Shown here one piece after another: positions 41,401-56,509 of a DNA stretch of 64,000 bases. The stretch comes from the human T2T-CHM13v2.0 reference genome, Homo sapiens. The DNA lies in assembly GCF_009914755.1 (NCBI RefSeq), contig NC_060940.1, one strand, 5' to 3'. Each line of letters opens with the position of its first letter. The stretch's first letter is position 1. A program made the position numbers and the translations under genes. The notes below the pieces were generated by a model. The model worked only from the letters and a program-made list of their open reading frames with translations, ran no database searches and was not told the DNA's origin.

Positions 41401-44169
41401 AAATAACAACAGCATATGTCCATTGCAAGAAGACAACTGGTAAAGTGATATATCAATGCAAGCATCATATTTCTGAAAATAATTATGGTGTGTCTGCATG
41501 TATGTTTATGTGTGTGTGTGTGGGAGACAGAGAGAGACATTATGATAAGCCCACATATTCAAGATCATGCAATTGGAATCTTTCCTCATTGAGATAATTC
41601 TGTCTTTTATTTCAGTTGTATTCATGCTGACAGTATGAATTTATTGACACCATAGAAATTATTAGAACTTTCTGACATCCTTTATTTCAGAGATACAAGA
41701 TGCTTCATTATGAAGAAGCAATTAAGTAGAAAAAAATTTCCTCTCTAAAATGATAATAATAATAGCAACAACAACAGCAGCCTATTTCTCTTCCCTTAAA
41801 AGCCAAAACTACTTACCACAATTTGAAAAAAGAAAAAGAGAAAAGAAAAGCAAAAATTATTTGACATATGATCTGTTTTGGAAAATTCCTGCTCTCCTTT
41901 CACTGCAAAACTATTGAAATTCAAGCAGTGTCTGTCCCTTTTTATTCAATTAAATGCAGTCCAAATGGGGACTGGAAAACTCACTTTGAAGATTATGATC
42001 TCCAACTACCTAACAAATTTTAATAGTAAATAAAACCAATTTGCCCTAACCTTTATAATTATATAATATTTAAATACTGAAATTAAATTTAGAAATAACA
42101 TTCCAAATTCTAAACAGCATTGCAATATCTCTCTGCAGGCCATTGGTGGCAAGCAGCTAAGAAGTGCTTTGGAAGAGGACACACGTCAAGTTTTCCTTCT
42201 GTCAGTTAAAGTGTCCTGTAAGGGTCCTCACTTCTCCCCATCAGGTCCCATTACTGTCAGAAACCACTGAGTGATGTTACTACTAAAAAACCTCATTGCG
42301 GATCTCAAGGCAGACATTGCTTCCTGTCAGAGCCTAGCTGCTTTCTGTAGGATTTCACACTAAGTCTTGGCAGAGTCCTTAGGGACTGTCCTTTCCATGC
42401 TGCAAATTCCAAAATGGCGCCTCATCAATAACACTCTTTACTGCCATGTCCTGGAAAATGGTTGTTATAACTATACAAACCTATAACCACCATGGGGTAG
42501 ATGGGACTCCTGGAGATGAGCTACGCTTAGTCTGCCCAACCAGAAGCACACAATCCTGAGGTCCGCCTGAATCTCCTTCTGGTGGGACAGGAATGGTGGT
42601 CTCTGGTTGCACCATCAAAAGGAAACTATATTCCCCATAACTCCACAACACAACCAACATGTGCTGTAATCCATCAGATAACCCACTCTCTGCGATCTGA
42701 TTCGCCTTGCAGCGCAAGATGTTGACTTCAAACCCATTTAGCCTGTGGTGTTTCTCCTGACAGCCTTGACCTCTTGTCAGATTCAAAATCCCTAATGGGC
42801 AGTTACTCTGCCCTTGTCAGGGAATGAATGAAGGGCTTGAAGAATGAATGTCAGTATGAGTAGGAGTGATGGAGGGAGAGCTTAGGTAGGAGAGCGTGAG
42901 TCCGTGTGCAGGAGTCAATAAGCAGTGGCCCAGACACACCAGGTTTAAAACTCCACAAACATTTCAGCTTCATTTCCTGGCATGTTTGCTTCTGTCCTAG
43001 TTCTTTTGTTACTTCCAGCTTAGCTTTCCATTTTACCATGATTCCTTAATCAACCTTCTTGAGGTTCCAGCCTGCTGTCTGGACTCCAGAGCCCTACTGA
43101 GGAGTGCTGTGGTCAGCAATGGCAGCCCTGAGCTGGTGGCTGGGTGCTGCCCCTCTCTGGCACTAGCTGGTACTACAGGCTTCCTCCAAAACACAGCTCC
43201 TGTTTTAACCCTTTAAGTTTTAACATCTTACCCCGGGGAGAAAAGAGCTCCCAGGTGAACCTTGTGTCAGTGGTAATGAATTCAAGATGAGGACTTGGGG
43301 AACGGTAGAGGACCATGGCAGGTGGATAGGCCAGGCCTCTATGCCCTGGATCCTGGGCAAAGGTGATGAATAAAATCAATAAAAGCTAACATTTATTGGT
43401 CTTTTTATAAAAGTGATAAAAGTGACACATACCTGATCTCACATAGGCCTCCCAGCAAGCCCGTAAGGTACAATGATTGTTCCATTTTATAGACAAAAAC
43501 ATGGTAGTCTAAAGGAGATAAACAAGTTATCTGATTTCATGCTTTTAAAACCTTGCAGTGCCCAGATTCAAACTAGTTCTTTTATACCAAAACTTAGTCT
43601 CTTAACCCATAGTTACAGAAGACCTGGGGACTAATTTAAACAGGATCTGAAATCTTGTGGCTCCAGAAGCATAATAACCTTTTTTCCTTTTATTGGAAAC
43701 AGGATTACCAACTGTAAAAGGTCTATTGTTCTAACACAGAGCAGCCTAAAACACTCTATTCCTTCCAGAAAGTTAAGCTTCACATTTGCACATAAAGAAG
43801 ATATCACACAAAAAAATAAAGTTAAGGGAAAAACCTGTAAATCCTCTTATTAAGAACGCTGTGTTTAGAAATCATGCCTGCTTGCCCTTTTATGTTTAAA
43901 CCTCTGTCTCTTTGTTTCAGAGGAGGAAGGGACTCACCCTTTGCTTCCCAAATAATGTCAAGAGAAGTCATGATTGCCTGTCTGCATGAGCTCACAATAT
44001 CTATCCCAGGAAAGGGAGTAAACAGAATAAAAACACTCACACATTTACCAAACAGTTGCTAGGTATTTAAATAAGGGTTTCACTCTTGATATATTCCCAG
44101 TGCCAAGTAAGCTACACCAGATCCAGGGATTGCAATTTCTTGGACCATTCTGTGTATGTGTGTGTGTGT

Positions 44170-44392
44170 TGTTAGTAGAGATAGGGTTTCACCATGTTGG
44201 CCAGGCTGGTCTCCAACGCTCAACCTCAGGTGATATGCCCGACTAGGCCTCCCAAAGTGCTGGGATTACAGGCGTGAGCCACCATGTCCGGCCAGAAATG
44301 AGGCTTTGCCGTGTTGTCCAGGCTGGTCTCGAACTCCTGCACTCAAGCGATCCACCTGCCTAGGCCTCCTAAATTGCTGGTATTTCAGGCGT
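44170..44392 (-). mobile_element. Two tandem Alu left-arm fragments after a (TG)n run
   Basis: 44170-44293 and about 44295-44392 both read caggctggtctc...gat...ctaggcctcc...caggcgt. Confidence 0.85.
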
Positions 44393-45189
44393 CTTGGACT
44401 ATTAAAGACTACTCCTGTCCTCAGACAGGCAAATGTGGGGCTGGTCATTAATGCTCTGCCTTGTCTCTGGTTGAGAATAAGGAAAGATTGGAGCCTCTGT
44501 CTTGGTTTTCTACAATTATTGTCATTATAATTTAAAAAAAATACAACTAACTCCCCAAATTGGGAAGCATCTCTAACTACGGCAGATCCTAAAACAACTA
44601 TACTTACTACATTAAAAGTAATATTTGCATTCAAAATACTTAAAAAGTGATGTGTTCTATAAGCATGGATCCTCTGACCAATTTCTGCCAAGTGTCAAGG
44701 AGTTGGTACTTGAAAGGATAAGGGAAATGAAATGGGAAAATATGCAAAACTCAGAATCAGAAAAAATGAGTTTGAATCCTGTCTTCGGTATTTGCCAAAA
44801 GAACATCCTTGCGACAGAGACTTGGACAATACTTGTTGAGGGAAGAGCAATTGGGGGCATTGCTATTGGGCACCTCAGGGCACTCCAGAGGTCAGCCAAT
44901 TTTTGGTTCCAGTGTTACTGTGTCCAGCTGCAGCCTTTAATATTCGGAAATGTTGCTTTGACATTTCCTGTCTCGATATTATAGTAGGAGACGTGAGCAA
45001 CGATGAATAGCTGATTTAGTGGGCCTGGTTTGTGCACCAGAGGTGTTTTGGATGTTCTTGCAGGATCTTAAGATGCTGTAGTTTTTTATAGGCTGTGCTG
45101 TTGGATGATCTGTAGACTCACCAGCATGGTCTCCTTCCTGTATGTTGTTCATTTGGGACATTTTTCTCATTGTGGACTTTTTAAAAAGC

Positions 45190-45325
45190 TATTTTATTTT
45201 ATTTTTATGGAGACAGGATCTTGCTATGTTGCACAGGCTTGTCTCAATCTCCTGGCCTCAAGGGATCCTCCCACATCAGCCTCTCAAAATCCTGCAATTA
45301 TAGGTGTGAGCCAATGCACCCAGCT
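45190..45325 (-). mobile_element. Alu monomer (FLAM/AluJ)
   Basis: gagacaggatcttgctatgttgcacagg...cctggcctcaagggatcctcc. Confidence 0.85.
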
Positions 45326-45367
45326 GTGAACATTCTACTATAGAAACCACCTAGAAAATTAAAGACA

Positions 45368-45715
<348 letters not shown>

Positions 45716-46573
45716 AGAAGATTAAAGAGAAAATCACGGGGCCTGTTAGTCTTGTCTTCAGTTGCTCTCAAATGTGGTACCAGGTTTTCAGCCATGAAAG
45801 ACGGCATAGGGATTCAGAGTCAAAACACTTCAAAAAACGTTGTCAAAAGGCATGTCACCTGGCCTGATAGGACTGTTAGGTATATATTTGATTGTTGGCT
45901 TATTTTGTTTGTTTATAGAAAGATAGTCTTAGAAATAGCCCATCTCTGGACTGCTTAAATTGCGTTCAAGCCTGTCTCTGTCAGGAGAAGCAGATATTTA
46001 TTTGCTTGATTCTTCCCTACGAGGCCCACACGAAAAGGTTGGGGACTTCCTACCTAGGCCAATTATTCCATTTCCTTGAAATAGTTATGCTCGAAACCTT
46101 TCAACATTATTCCATCTCCTGCTATACTGAGTGTGGGGACAAAGGAGAAGGCAAAGGAAGAGGAGGAGAAGAAGAAAAAGAAGAAGGAGAAATCACTCCA
46201 GAGTGTTTAATTCTTGTTTCCATGTGTATCCCATGGGGCCACTGGAAACAAACAAACAAAAAAACAAACAAACAAACAAATAAAAAAGCATTTACTCTAT
46301 CTTTGACACAATTCTCTTTCACATAGAGGAAGATATCAACCATGCCTCATTTGTTAGCCTTTTTTTTTCCCACTCTAAAAACCTTTGACTCCTTCAATCA
46401 CAAAAAAAAAAAAAAATAGCTTGATACTGTAGAAATGGCTTGGATTTTGTTCATTTATTTATTTTGTTAGAAGATCGAATTCAAAATTCAGCTTTGTCAC
46501 TTACAAGCTATGATTTCTTGGGCAAGTTGAACATTTTTCAATTTTTCTCTAAAACTGGGATAAACTTGTAGAT

Positions 46574-46753
46574 CAGTGATTCTTGAGTTATCATCAGAAC
46601 CACCCAGGTAGCCTATTAAAACTATCAACGCCCAGGCTGCACCCAAATCTCTGAAATCAGAATCTCTAGAGGACTGTCCAGGGAATGTTTATTTTTCAAA
46701 CCTCCTCCAGGGGATACTGATGCTACTCGACCATCTGAGTTTGGGAAGCACTC
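46574..46753. mobile_element. MER5A inside a MIR
   Basis: cagtgattct...catcagaaccaccca...aatcagaatctct...gtttgggaagcact. Confidence 0.7.
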
Positions 46754-46944
46754 TACTAAGTTATCTCTGAAGTTCTTTCTCAGCCAGAGATTCTAGGATT
46801 CAAAATTTCCCTAAAAGACCAACAAACACTTTGAAAGAAGCTACCTATTCAAGGAAGGCCACCTCCACTCTGCTGATCTGGAAAATGAGTTTATCGTTGG
46901 GGGCTGCTCCTGTCTCTCTGGGATTTCTGTGTTCCTGGAGCTCT

Positions 46945-47460
46945 TTAACAGTTAAGGTACTTTCAGCTGCAGATATTGGAATCTCACATGCAACTAACTT
47001 AGACAACACAGCAGTATGTTACCTCACATCGGAGGTGGAACGGGCCATGAATCAGCAGCTCGGCAATGTCATCGGAGACCCAGGATCTGTTCACATCTCC
47101 ACTTTACCATTCTCAGCATTTACTTCAGCCCCAGCAGGAGGTATAATAAGATGGCTGGACATGTCCAGGTATCACATCCAGACAGGACAGTGCCCAGGGG
47201 AAGGAACAGCCTGTTCTTCCTGTGGTTCTGTCTTAGGAGAGAGGAAGATATGCCCAAAGGACCCACAGCATACTTCCCAGGCGTTGATCAGCTGGAATTC
47301 GACCACCTGGTTGTCTCTAAGCCAACGATTCATAAAGGGACAGGGAAGAGGCCCTTAGAACACTTGGGCCCATCTGAGCTGGGAGTGCATCTGCTTCTTA
47401 GTGCTGCAAGGTAGGGAAGTGTTGAGACTGAAACAAGATTAGTTCCTGTTAAGAAAGGGG
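46945..47460 (-). mobile_element. Old MaLR LTR (MLT1L/M-like)
   Basis: cagttaaggtactttcagctgca...cagcagctcggcaatgtcatcggagacccagg...aagatggctg. Confidence 0.6.
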
Positions 47461-49244
47461 AATGGAGTGAATGCTGTCCACCCCAAGCTCTGTCCTGAGA
47501 GAGAGTGCACAGTGATAACTATTACTGCCATCACCCAAGGGAAGAAGGGTGTGAGGAGATAGTTATACTTAAAACAAAATAAAAGCTTGCAATAATTTCT
47601 CAGGTTCCAGATGCTCTTTATTACGTAATGGTGATCATGAAAGGCCTTAATGGGTATGATTCTCCCGGAATTTCTACTCCCTCTCAGAAGCAGGGCTGGG
47701 GAGGTCTTTGCATGTCAATGAGCAGGTAATTGGAGCTACAAAGAAATAAGACGGTACAGTGACTTCCTGGCTCAGCTCTTGAAGGGGAGAAAAACCAAAG
47801 AATGTCCTAGAAACGCCCAGGTCCCTACTGGCTAAAAGTGTAAGTCCACAGTAAGGGAGGAGTCCAGCCTAACAGTGTTTTAGGTACCGATGAGTTATTT
47901 CTTTATCTTCATCCACTCAATCTTTCCATTTATTAATTCAGTCATTAATTCAACAACCTTCATGGAGTTCCACTTAACTGGTGATTTTTCTAGGCTTTGG
48001 AGACACCAAGATAAATGAGACAGTATTGATATATCTCTCTCTGTCTCACTAAGGAGTCTTGGTTAAACATGAAGTATCTGGAGTTATATTCAAATCCTGG
48101 CTCTGACACTGTCTAGTTGGATTTTATTGGTTTCTGTCTTTCTCCCTCCTTCCTCCCTCCCTCTCTTCTCACATCTGAAAATGAATATATATATATTTAT
48201 ATAGCCAACCCCAGTGGGTTGGTATCAGGATTAGATGAGGTAGTGCAAGCACAGCATGCAGCTGAGTGTTCCCTGGCAAATATTAGGTGCTCAATACATG
48301 CTTACTATTGTCCTGATTATTATTATTATTAAGCTGTGCCCCCAGCCCACATGAAGCTCAGAATCTAAACCTGATGTTAAAGGAAAATGCCCATGATGAG
48401 AACGTATGAAACTCTAACCAATAGTACTCTCTTTTTTGGGGGGGCAGGCTCTCCATGATTTGAAATTTAAGGAAAAGCTGCCATTTATGGAGCAACTACT
48501 ATCTGCCAGTCTGTGTGAAAGGGGATTAGAAGTGGTGTTTTGTTTAACCCTCATAGCAACAGAGCGAGGTAGAATTTTAGTATTGTCCTCATTTTACTGA
48601 TGAGGAAACTGAGACAAAAGTGGTTAGACTAGTAGCCTGAGGCTGTACATTTTTCTTTGTGCTAAGGGGTGGAAAGATCCACCACTGAGTTTAATTGCTT
48701 CAAAAATTTGTGTTTTCTCCCCTCCTACTATGCGTTTTAAGTAATCTTTTATATTTAAGAGGTACAGTTCTCCCTTCTCTTCCAAATACATCTATTATCT
48801 ATGAATATGTACAATATCTACTTCCTTTTTTTCCTGTGAACCAAAAATGTGAAATCATCATTATGTTGAATGGTAAAATTCTAGAAATTCCTTGCTAATT
48901 ATATGTTCACATTACATTTCTTAGGGAAGGTTCTCCCCCAAGAAAAGGGGAGGTCAAAATTTTGAGCATTTTCTTAAAGGAAGCATTTCTGTCTTTGGAA
49001 GAATAGCAATCCTCTACTGCAAAATACAGAGTATCTATATTCCAGCAAATACTTTCGAACTATTACCACCTGAAGAAGGTACATTAAATCTCTAAAGGAT
49101 TAAACTTTCCTGCTTCCTGTAGTGGTTATTCTATTGCAAATTTCCAAGTACTATAGGTCCCTGGTGACATTCACTGTAATGGAATATCTACCAGGAGTGG
49201 GGTGGATGAATACAACTGTTTGTCAAGACCACTTACTTTCTGTA

Positions 49245-49552
49245 ATTTTTATTTTTATTTTTATTTTTTTGAGTCAGAGTCTCACTCTGTCACCCGGGCT
49301 GGAGAGCAGTGGCATGATCTTGGCTCCCTGCAAACTCCACCTCCAAGGTTGAAGTGATTCTCCTGCCTCAGCCTCCTGAGTAGCTAGAATTACAGGTGCC
49401 TGCTACCACAGCCAGTGAATTTTTGTATTATTAGTAGAGATGGTATTTCACCATGTTGGCCAGGCTGGTTTCAAACTCCTGACCTCAGGTGATCTCTCGC
49501 CTTGGCCTCCCAAACTGCTGGGATTACAGGTGTGAACCACTGCGCTCGGCCA
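49245..49552 (-). mobile_element. Alu (AluS)
   Basis: Antisense dimer; imperfect TSD accactt...tttct. Confidence 0.94.
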
Positions 49553-50503
49553 ACCACTTTTTTTTCTACTTCTTATAGAGACTATGGAATATGTGGCATG
49601 CTATGTGAGTATGAGTCCCACCATTACACCATCCAAAGTACAATTGAATTTTAATAGCTAATTTGGGTTTGAAACAGAGGTGACTTATCTAAGAGGACCA
49701 CAGGAGATCTCAAAATCGGAAGAACTCTCCCTTAACTCCAGACTCATATTATTAACAGCCTATTGTGTGTCACCAGCTGGATATTCCACAGATAATTCAA
49801 GTTTAGCAAGCCCTAGTCTGATTTCCCCATCTCCCCAAGTACATCTAATCAGCCTCCTGCATTGCCTCCTCCATCAACAGTCAACACTATCCACCCTGTC
49901 CTGCACAGCCGAAGCCTGGAAAGCATCCTAGTCTTCTCCCGTTTTACCATCCCAAATATGAGTCTGATCAATTTCATCTTCCTAATTGTTAAGACCCAGA
50001 GTCTTGTATCCTGGAGCGTATGGGTTAAGAGTCCAGTGGCGTTTCTTTACTATGGACATGGAAGTTCTAGGATGCAAAATAAAAAGCTTAATTAGAAATG
50101 GAGCAGCAGAAACAGATATTTCAAACACCAAAAACTGAGAACATGTTTGCAGTTGTTACATGCTGGGCACTAATTAACCATGATGCAGATGAACTCCAGT
50201 GTCCATTGTTTCACTGGGGATGTAAGCCACAGCTCAGGAGACATAGCAGGTATAGTGAATACTGTGCTGTCAGCCTCTTCTCTAGACATTGACAATGGTG
50301 TAACTTGAACTTGGGCTCTCTCCTTGTGCTCCCACACCCAGTGGGCTTACCCTGATCAGAGCCTTAATAGACAGGATTTTAGGTATCCATTTACTTGTCT
50401 GTCTCCTTTCTAAACTTGAGCAACTTGAATGCAAGAGTTGTGTCTAATGTCTCTCACATCAATAAGTCCTGGTACAGTTGGCAACACTTAGTCATTTAGT
50501 GAG

Positions 50504-50935
50504 TGCATTACTTTCTTGTGGCTGCCATAAGAAGTGACCACACACTGGGAGGTTCAAGACAACAGAAATTTATTTTCCCATGGTTCTGGACCCCAGTTAT
50601 CAGAAATCAAGATGTTATCAAGGCCCTGCTTCCTCCAAGTGCTATTGGGAAGAATCCTTCCTTGCCTCTCCCCGCTCCTGGTGGCTCCTGGCATTCCTTG
50701 GCTTGTAGCTGCATCACTCCAATCTCCGTCTTTGTCTTCACATGGTTTTTTTTTCCTCTGTGTATGTGTGTCTCTGTAATCTCTCCTCTTCTTACAAGGA
50801 CAGCAGCCATTGCAGTTATTGGATTAAGGGCCGACCCTAAATCCAGTACAGTATCATCTTGAGATCTTTAAGAACCTGTTTCCAGATAAGGTTACATTAT
50901 GTGGTTCCAGGTGGACATGAATTTTGAGGGCACTA
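50504..50935 (-). mobile_element. MLT1C-like LTR
   Basis: ggctgccataa...caacagaaatttatt...gaatccttccttgcctct...ggcattccttggcttgtagctgcatcactccaatctc. Confidence 0.8.
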
Positions 50936-52373
50936 GACAAATATACAATAAATAGTAACTGCTGTGATTTTTCTATGATCCCCTCATCTACACAGATTCC
51001 TTCATTATACGCTTTCATTGAACCATGATCCTTTCTTTTAATTCGCAAGCTTTATGAGAGTGGGACAATTGCGGATCTCGCTCTACTCATTATTTTATCC
51101 CTAGTACTCACTACTGTGCCTTTCACATAGTGGGACACAACAAATAACTGTTTAATAAATGAATGACTGAATTAATGAATAGATACATGAATAATTACTG
51201 ACATAAATTTGCTGCAGTTCCAATCCTGAGCTAGGAGGTTCCAACAAAGGCCTCAGAAGCTCTGGCTGCAGAGCCAGCCTTCACACAAGGTTCAGCTGGC
51301 TCTCTCTGGAACTGGTTGAGTTTGTTTAATCATATTATACAGTGTGCGTGTTTTACATGATCAATATATGTCACCCTAAGTGAACATGTCACCCAGCCTA
51401 ATGGCTTCTGCAGGAACAGTTTATTGGGGTTGGCATTCTCCTTTGTAGATGCCTGCTCCAGCGAGGGCAGCAGCAATGGGCCCAGGACCCTCAGTGCCCC
51501 TCACCTCCCTTGTGCTGTTTTTTGCTAAATGAAATATGACAAGAGAGTGGCTTCCAGTAATTGCAATAATTGACTGTAGAGAGTCCATGATTATGTCATT
51601 AGCTCCTCTCTGGTTAATGTGTTATGATTGTGGCCATATTTCTCTGCTTTGGAAATCATCAAAATTTCATGAAGGGATGACCAGGATGGTGGAAAACTGC
51701 CTTCACCGCTCTTCCCCACTAGACCCCAAGTTTTATCATACTAGTGAAACTTTTAAAAAGTAAGATCTATAGTAAGAAGACCTGGGTACCAGTTCCAGCT
51801 TGACCATTTATTACCATGTGGTCAGTGGTAAAAATGTTTAACTCTGAGATCTCTGATCTTCAACTCTCAGGGTTGGGGATTGGGAGAGATGACAATAGTC
51901 CATTCCCTCCCTACTACATATGGTGATTGAGAAAATCCAGGTATGCCACTGTGCACATTACTAACATCATAGAATTCATATTATTTAAAATGCTTGCATT
52001 CTACCTGTTCATAGAGAGAGAAGGATAGCCCAATATTTTTAATGTGCCTACCTGGACATTACTCAGCTATTGGTTTCTTGGATAATTACAAAAAACAGAG
52101 ACAAGAGACTATGGTCACCAGATGATAAACTGGACCTCAGGATGTCTTTTATTTCAGAGTGGAAGCCTGTGCTAACAACCCTTTCCCTGATGAAGCAATT
52201 TTTCTTCTAAAAATGCAGAAATGCCAAGATTATCAGTGAAGGGAACATGACAGAAATCAACTAACCAGAGATGGCAAATGTACATTCATCACTCATTGCT
52301 TTTTATCGTCTTCCTGAGGCTCTGGCAAGTATTACAGAAAACAGTTGTTCTTTTTCCCGTGGAGTTTTGAAAT

Positions 52374-52579
52374 GAGTGGTGCAATGAAGAGTGTTTAACA
52401 ACCCACTTTTGGTGAGGCTGGGGTGAACCCTGGTTCATAGCTGGCAGACACCCATGGTGTAAATTTTCCCAACATGGCTGACGTCAAGCTACCAATGTAG
52501 CATTGCCAAATGCAGTTGGTAAGTGACATGCTCAGTCAGCTCTCATGAGCCTGTGTGAACTGACTTCCCCACGTCATTG
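52374..52579 (+). mobile_element. MER63A-like
   Basis: tgtttaacaacc...catggtgtaaattttcccaacatggctgacgtcaagctaccaatgt. Confidence 0.7.
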
Positions 52580-53067
52580 AAGTCTTTTTCAATACAAAGT
52601 TCCAGAGCTCCACATCCAACCATTCAGAATTGCCACAGAAAAGTGAAAACATTTTGCTATGTCTTTTAATTATCTAATTTTACAGATAAATAGAGTTCCA
52701 GAGAAGATAAAGAAAATGTACAAAAATCACACAGCAAATCAGGGAGCTAAAACTCCAGTTTCCAGCATGCAGTTTCTTTTCGCTGTGTGACACATTTCCA
52801 CAGGCTGCATGGGAAGGTAGGATGATTCTACAACCACCGGGCCAACAGTGGTTCAGAGAAGGATCTAGCACAGTTGCCAGATATCTTAATATCTCTTTAT
52901 TTATTTAAGCCTAACAACTCTATGACATAGGTACTATCATTATACCTATTTGACAGACAAGAAAATAAAGGCTTAGGGAAGTCACATAGCTTTCCTGAGG
53001 TTGGAGGGTGACCAAGTGGTGGAGCTATAAAAATCATACTTCAAGATGCAGGCTCTTAACTACTTGC

Positions 53068-53950
53068 CTTAGGCAGCTTCTGACATAACTCCAATAATTT
53101 CCACCACCTGGTATTTGTGGTCTTGCGCAATTCCCTCCCTTTGAGGGTAGACTGGATTGAGTGACCTGCTTCTAATAGGCAGAATACAGCAAAGGCAATG
53201 AGATGTTATTTGTATGATTAGCTACAAAAAACTGTGACTTCCATCTTGCTGGTACAGTCATTCCTTAGCATCCACAGGGGTTTGGTTTTAGGACCTCCAT
53301 GGACACCAAAATCTGCAGATGCTCAAGTCTCTCATATAAAATGACCTGGTAGGTGCACATAACTTATGCACATTCTCTCACACACTTTAATCATCTCTAG
53401 AATACTTACGTGTAATACTGAATAGAAGGTAAATGCTATGTAAATGTTGTTATACTGTATTGTTTTTATTTGTATTACTTATTTTTTTTAGTATTCTTGA
53501 TTCACAGTTGATTGAATCTGTAGATGCAGTGCCCACAGATACATAGGGCCACCTTTATTCTCTCTTCTGTCTTCTTTATTGCTTACTCTGATGAAGCTAA
53601 CCACCATGTTGTAAGATACCCTACGTAGTGGCCCACATGGCAAGGAACTGAGAAAGACATCTGGCCAATAGCTCTTGGGGAACTGGGAGCTTAGTCCAAT
53701 AGCTTGTAAGATTCTTAACTGCCAACAACCACATTTGTGAGCTCGGAAGTAGATTCTCACCCAGTCAAACTTTCAGATGAGGATGCAACCTCAGCCAATG
53801 CCTGGACTACAGCCTTTCAAGAAACCCTCAAGACATGGGTACCATCTAATTTATGCCAGGATTCCTGACCCACTGAAACTGAAATAATCAATGCTGTTAT
53901 TTAAGCTGCTATATATTGAGGTAATTTGTTAGCAATAGATAACTAATATA
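53068..53950 (+). mobile_element. MLT1F-like LTR interrupted by MER2
   Basis: cagaatacagcaaaggcaatgagatgt...ggcccacatggcaaggaactgag...gtaatttgttagcaatagataactaata. Confidence 0.8.
53255..53555 (+). mobile_element. MER2 (TcMar-Tigger)
   Basis: TA-cagtcattcctt...accaaaatctgcagatgctcaagtc...gttgattgaatctgtagatgcag...TA. Confidence 0.85.
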
Positions 53951-54794
53951 AAAATAGTCTATCTAGAGTTAAACATTCAAATAGGATAACTTGGGTGACA
54001 AAGTTACTTAGCTACACTAAAACTCAATATTTTCTTCTTTAAAATTGGGGGTAGGGGGTGTTACAACAGAACCTGCTATACAGGTAAAGGGTTGTTGGGA
54101 AATGGAATGAGGTAATACAAAGAAAGTGCTTAGTACACAAATCAAAAGCATCTAAAATATGACTGGAAACCAATTCCTGGCCTCAAATCCTTGAAGTAGT
54201 GTATAAACAGAATGGGAAATAAGAGGTAAGGCAGATATGAGGTGAGAAGAACCAGGAGGGATTTCTTATTTTCATGAGCAGGACAGAAATGAGTGAGTGG
54301 TGTTTGAACTTAAGGCATAGGCCCAGAGAAGATCCTACAATGTGTCAAGACATTGGGAGATGTTGGGATAGATAATGTCTACAATGCAGGCAAGGACTGC
54401 ACCATTTATTCTCTATAAAAATCTCAGCAGGCTGTGTACTTTTCCTTAGAAAAAAAAACTAACTGGTAAATAGATATCATTATACATACCATGTAACCAG
54501 AGGATATAATTATCGACTGCACTCATCCACACATCACAGAGAAAATGGAACTAGTTTTGGCACAACCTTCTCAGCCCACCAAGCTTGTGTGTGAACTTAG
54601 TGCATCTCTTTTGATGCCACTGGCTGACAGTTTAACTTACGCATCTTCTACAAATATTGAGAGCCCTTGATCAGCAGATCTCAGTTGAAATAATAGTTAG
54701 AAGTAACTTTTTTTACAAAACAGAAATTTTATTTTTTCTGGTTAGATAAGGATGGGCTTAGTTCCCAGATGGTAATATCTTGGTGGGTAAAAAA

Positions 54795-55015
54795 AGCAAA
54801 CTTGAGAGTAGACGGTCTGGGTTTAAACATGGCCACATAATTTTACCATCAGTGTGTCCCTGGAAAAGCAACTCCATCTCTCTGAACCTCAGTTTCCTCA
54901 TCTGACAAAAAGTGATAACATTCCCTAACTTCATTGTGGTTTTGATAATAAAATGAGTTTTGGTGTGCAAAAGCTACATAGTGCAATAATTGGCATATGG
55001 GAGGGAGGCCAATGA
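54795..55015 (+). mobile_element. MIR
   Basis: ctctctgaacctcagtttcctcatctg core. Confidence 0.75.
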
Positions 55016-56509
55016 ATAAGCGTTCTGCTTCATTTTGTTTGTTTTATTGTAAGCGTGAAAACAAAATGCAACACATTAAAAAATTCTCAAGGTCTGTGTG
55101 TTTGCAGTCTGTGATTTGCAGAACAATGTTAACTGGCATTGAGCAAAATTAGAAATGATAGAAGAAAAGGAGGAAAGAGGAAGAAAAGAAATGAAAGAGG
55201 AAGGAAGTTGTTTCTATTTTATTTTTGTTATTCTTATTTACTATGGTTTCATAGTAAAATAAGTTTAGAAAAACATGAACATTTAGAATAAAAAATTTCT
55301 AAGAAAGGTTTTATTTATTGCAGGATTTTTCAGAAGCTTTGCAAATTTGCATGTGACTCTTCAAGAGAACGATAAAGTGTGTGATGTTTTTATAATTTAT
55401 TTCAACACAGAAACTCTTTTTTTCTCCCTAGAATTCATATTAACATATTACTGAAACCTGTTTTAGGGGACATACTTTAGAAACCATTGCTGTGGGATTA
55501 TCACAGCCTAATCATACATTCTCCACTAGAAATTTCTGGTCATTTGTAGCAATGTTTCTCATAACCAGAGCAGTAAATAGAATCTGTTCTGTGATCTGCT
55601 TTATTCTCTTTCTATACTTTCAGTCCTATAAAAGCCATCTAAATTTTTGGACCACCAGATAGCCTGTTTTTGTTAACTTTTCTCCTGGCCCTGCAGCAGA
55701 AAGTCTGAATTTCCACTTTGATTTTTGCATTTACTGCATCAAATCTCCCTGCCACCCTCTCCCCTCTCCCTTAACAGGGCTCTCAGTGCTAAGTGGGCAG
55801 TTTGCTCAGGGTTCTGACTTGAGGATAAAAGGCATCCACACTCCTGGTCTCTGTCCTTGTGTGATACAATAAAACTTGAAACAGCTGAGTCCTCAAAACT
55901 TTGGTCCTCCTAGACATTGATCCAGAGTGTCACTCTGGTTGAACACCTTCAACAGCAAGATTCCAGCTATGTCAAGTTCTGGTCCTTAGACAGCAGGGAC
56001 TAGTGGCCCAGAATGAAATGCATGCATTTCTTCGTGAAGACAGAGATTATTCCTCCAGCTAAGTGTCTCTCCTCCAGAATAAAATGGAGGCTCCAAAATG
56101 TCAGCCAGTTGCTTCAACAATAGCTGACAGCAGAAACCAGAATTGCCCCTTGTAGAACGGGTCCATGGCTGAACCCAATAAATATTCCTGCCGTAGCCTC
56201 AGATTCCCTTTTTTCTCCTGAGGCTTTCATCTCCCTATATTCTGATCCACCCTGAGATGTTTTCCTGTATCTCCTCTCAGCTGACTGTCAGCTAATCCCT
56301 AAAAATGTTAAGCTGCTTGCTTTAGTGTAAACTGATTTAAAAGAAAAGATGCTAGCTAAACAGGCTAAACATTATCAGAGAATCATATTAGATAGGGTAC
56401 TCCAAGACAGCTAAACCTTAGACCTCCCATAAAGCCATAAGTGTGGCACAGAAGAAAGAGAGGAAAACAGTGATAAGTTGAAATCCTGGTTCTGCCAATT
56501 TATTTCTTC

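Noticed and set aside
42410-42421. YY1-like CAAAATGGCGCC
   Set aside because: Isolated motif without promoter or CpG-island context.
46831-47414. Overlapping 175-aa and 132-aa ORFs
   Set aside because: They lie in an old MLT1-like LTR; no recognisable domain, and the longer one lacks an ATG start.
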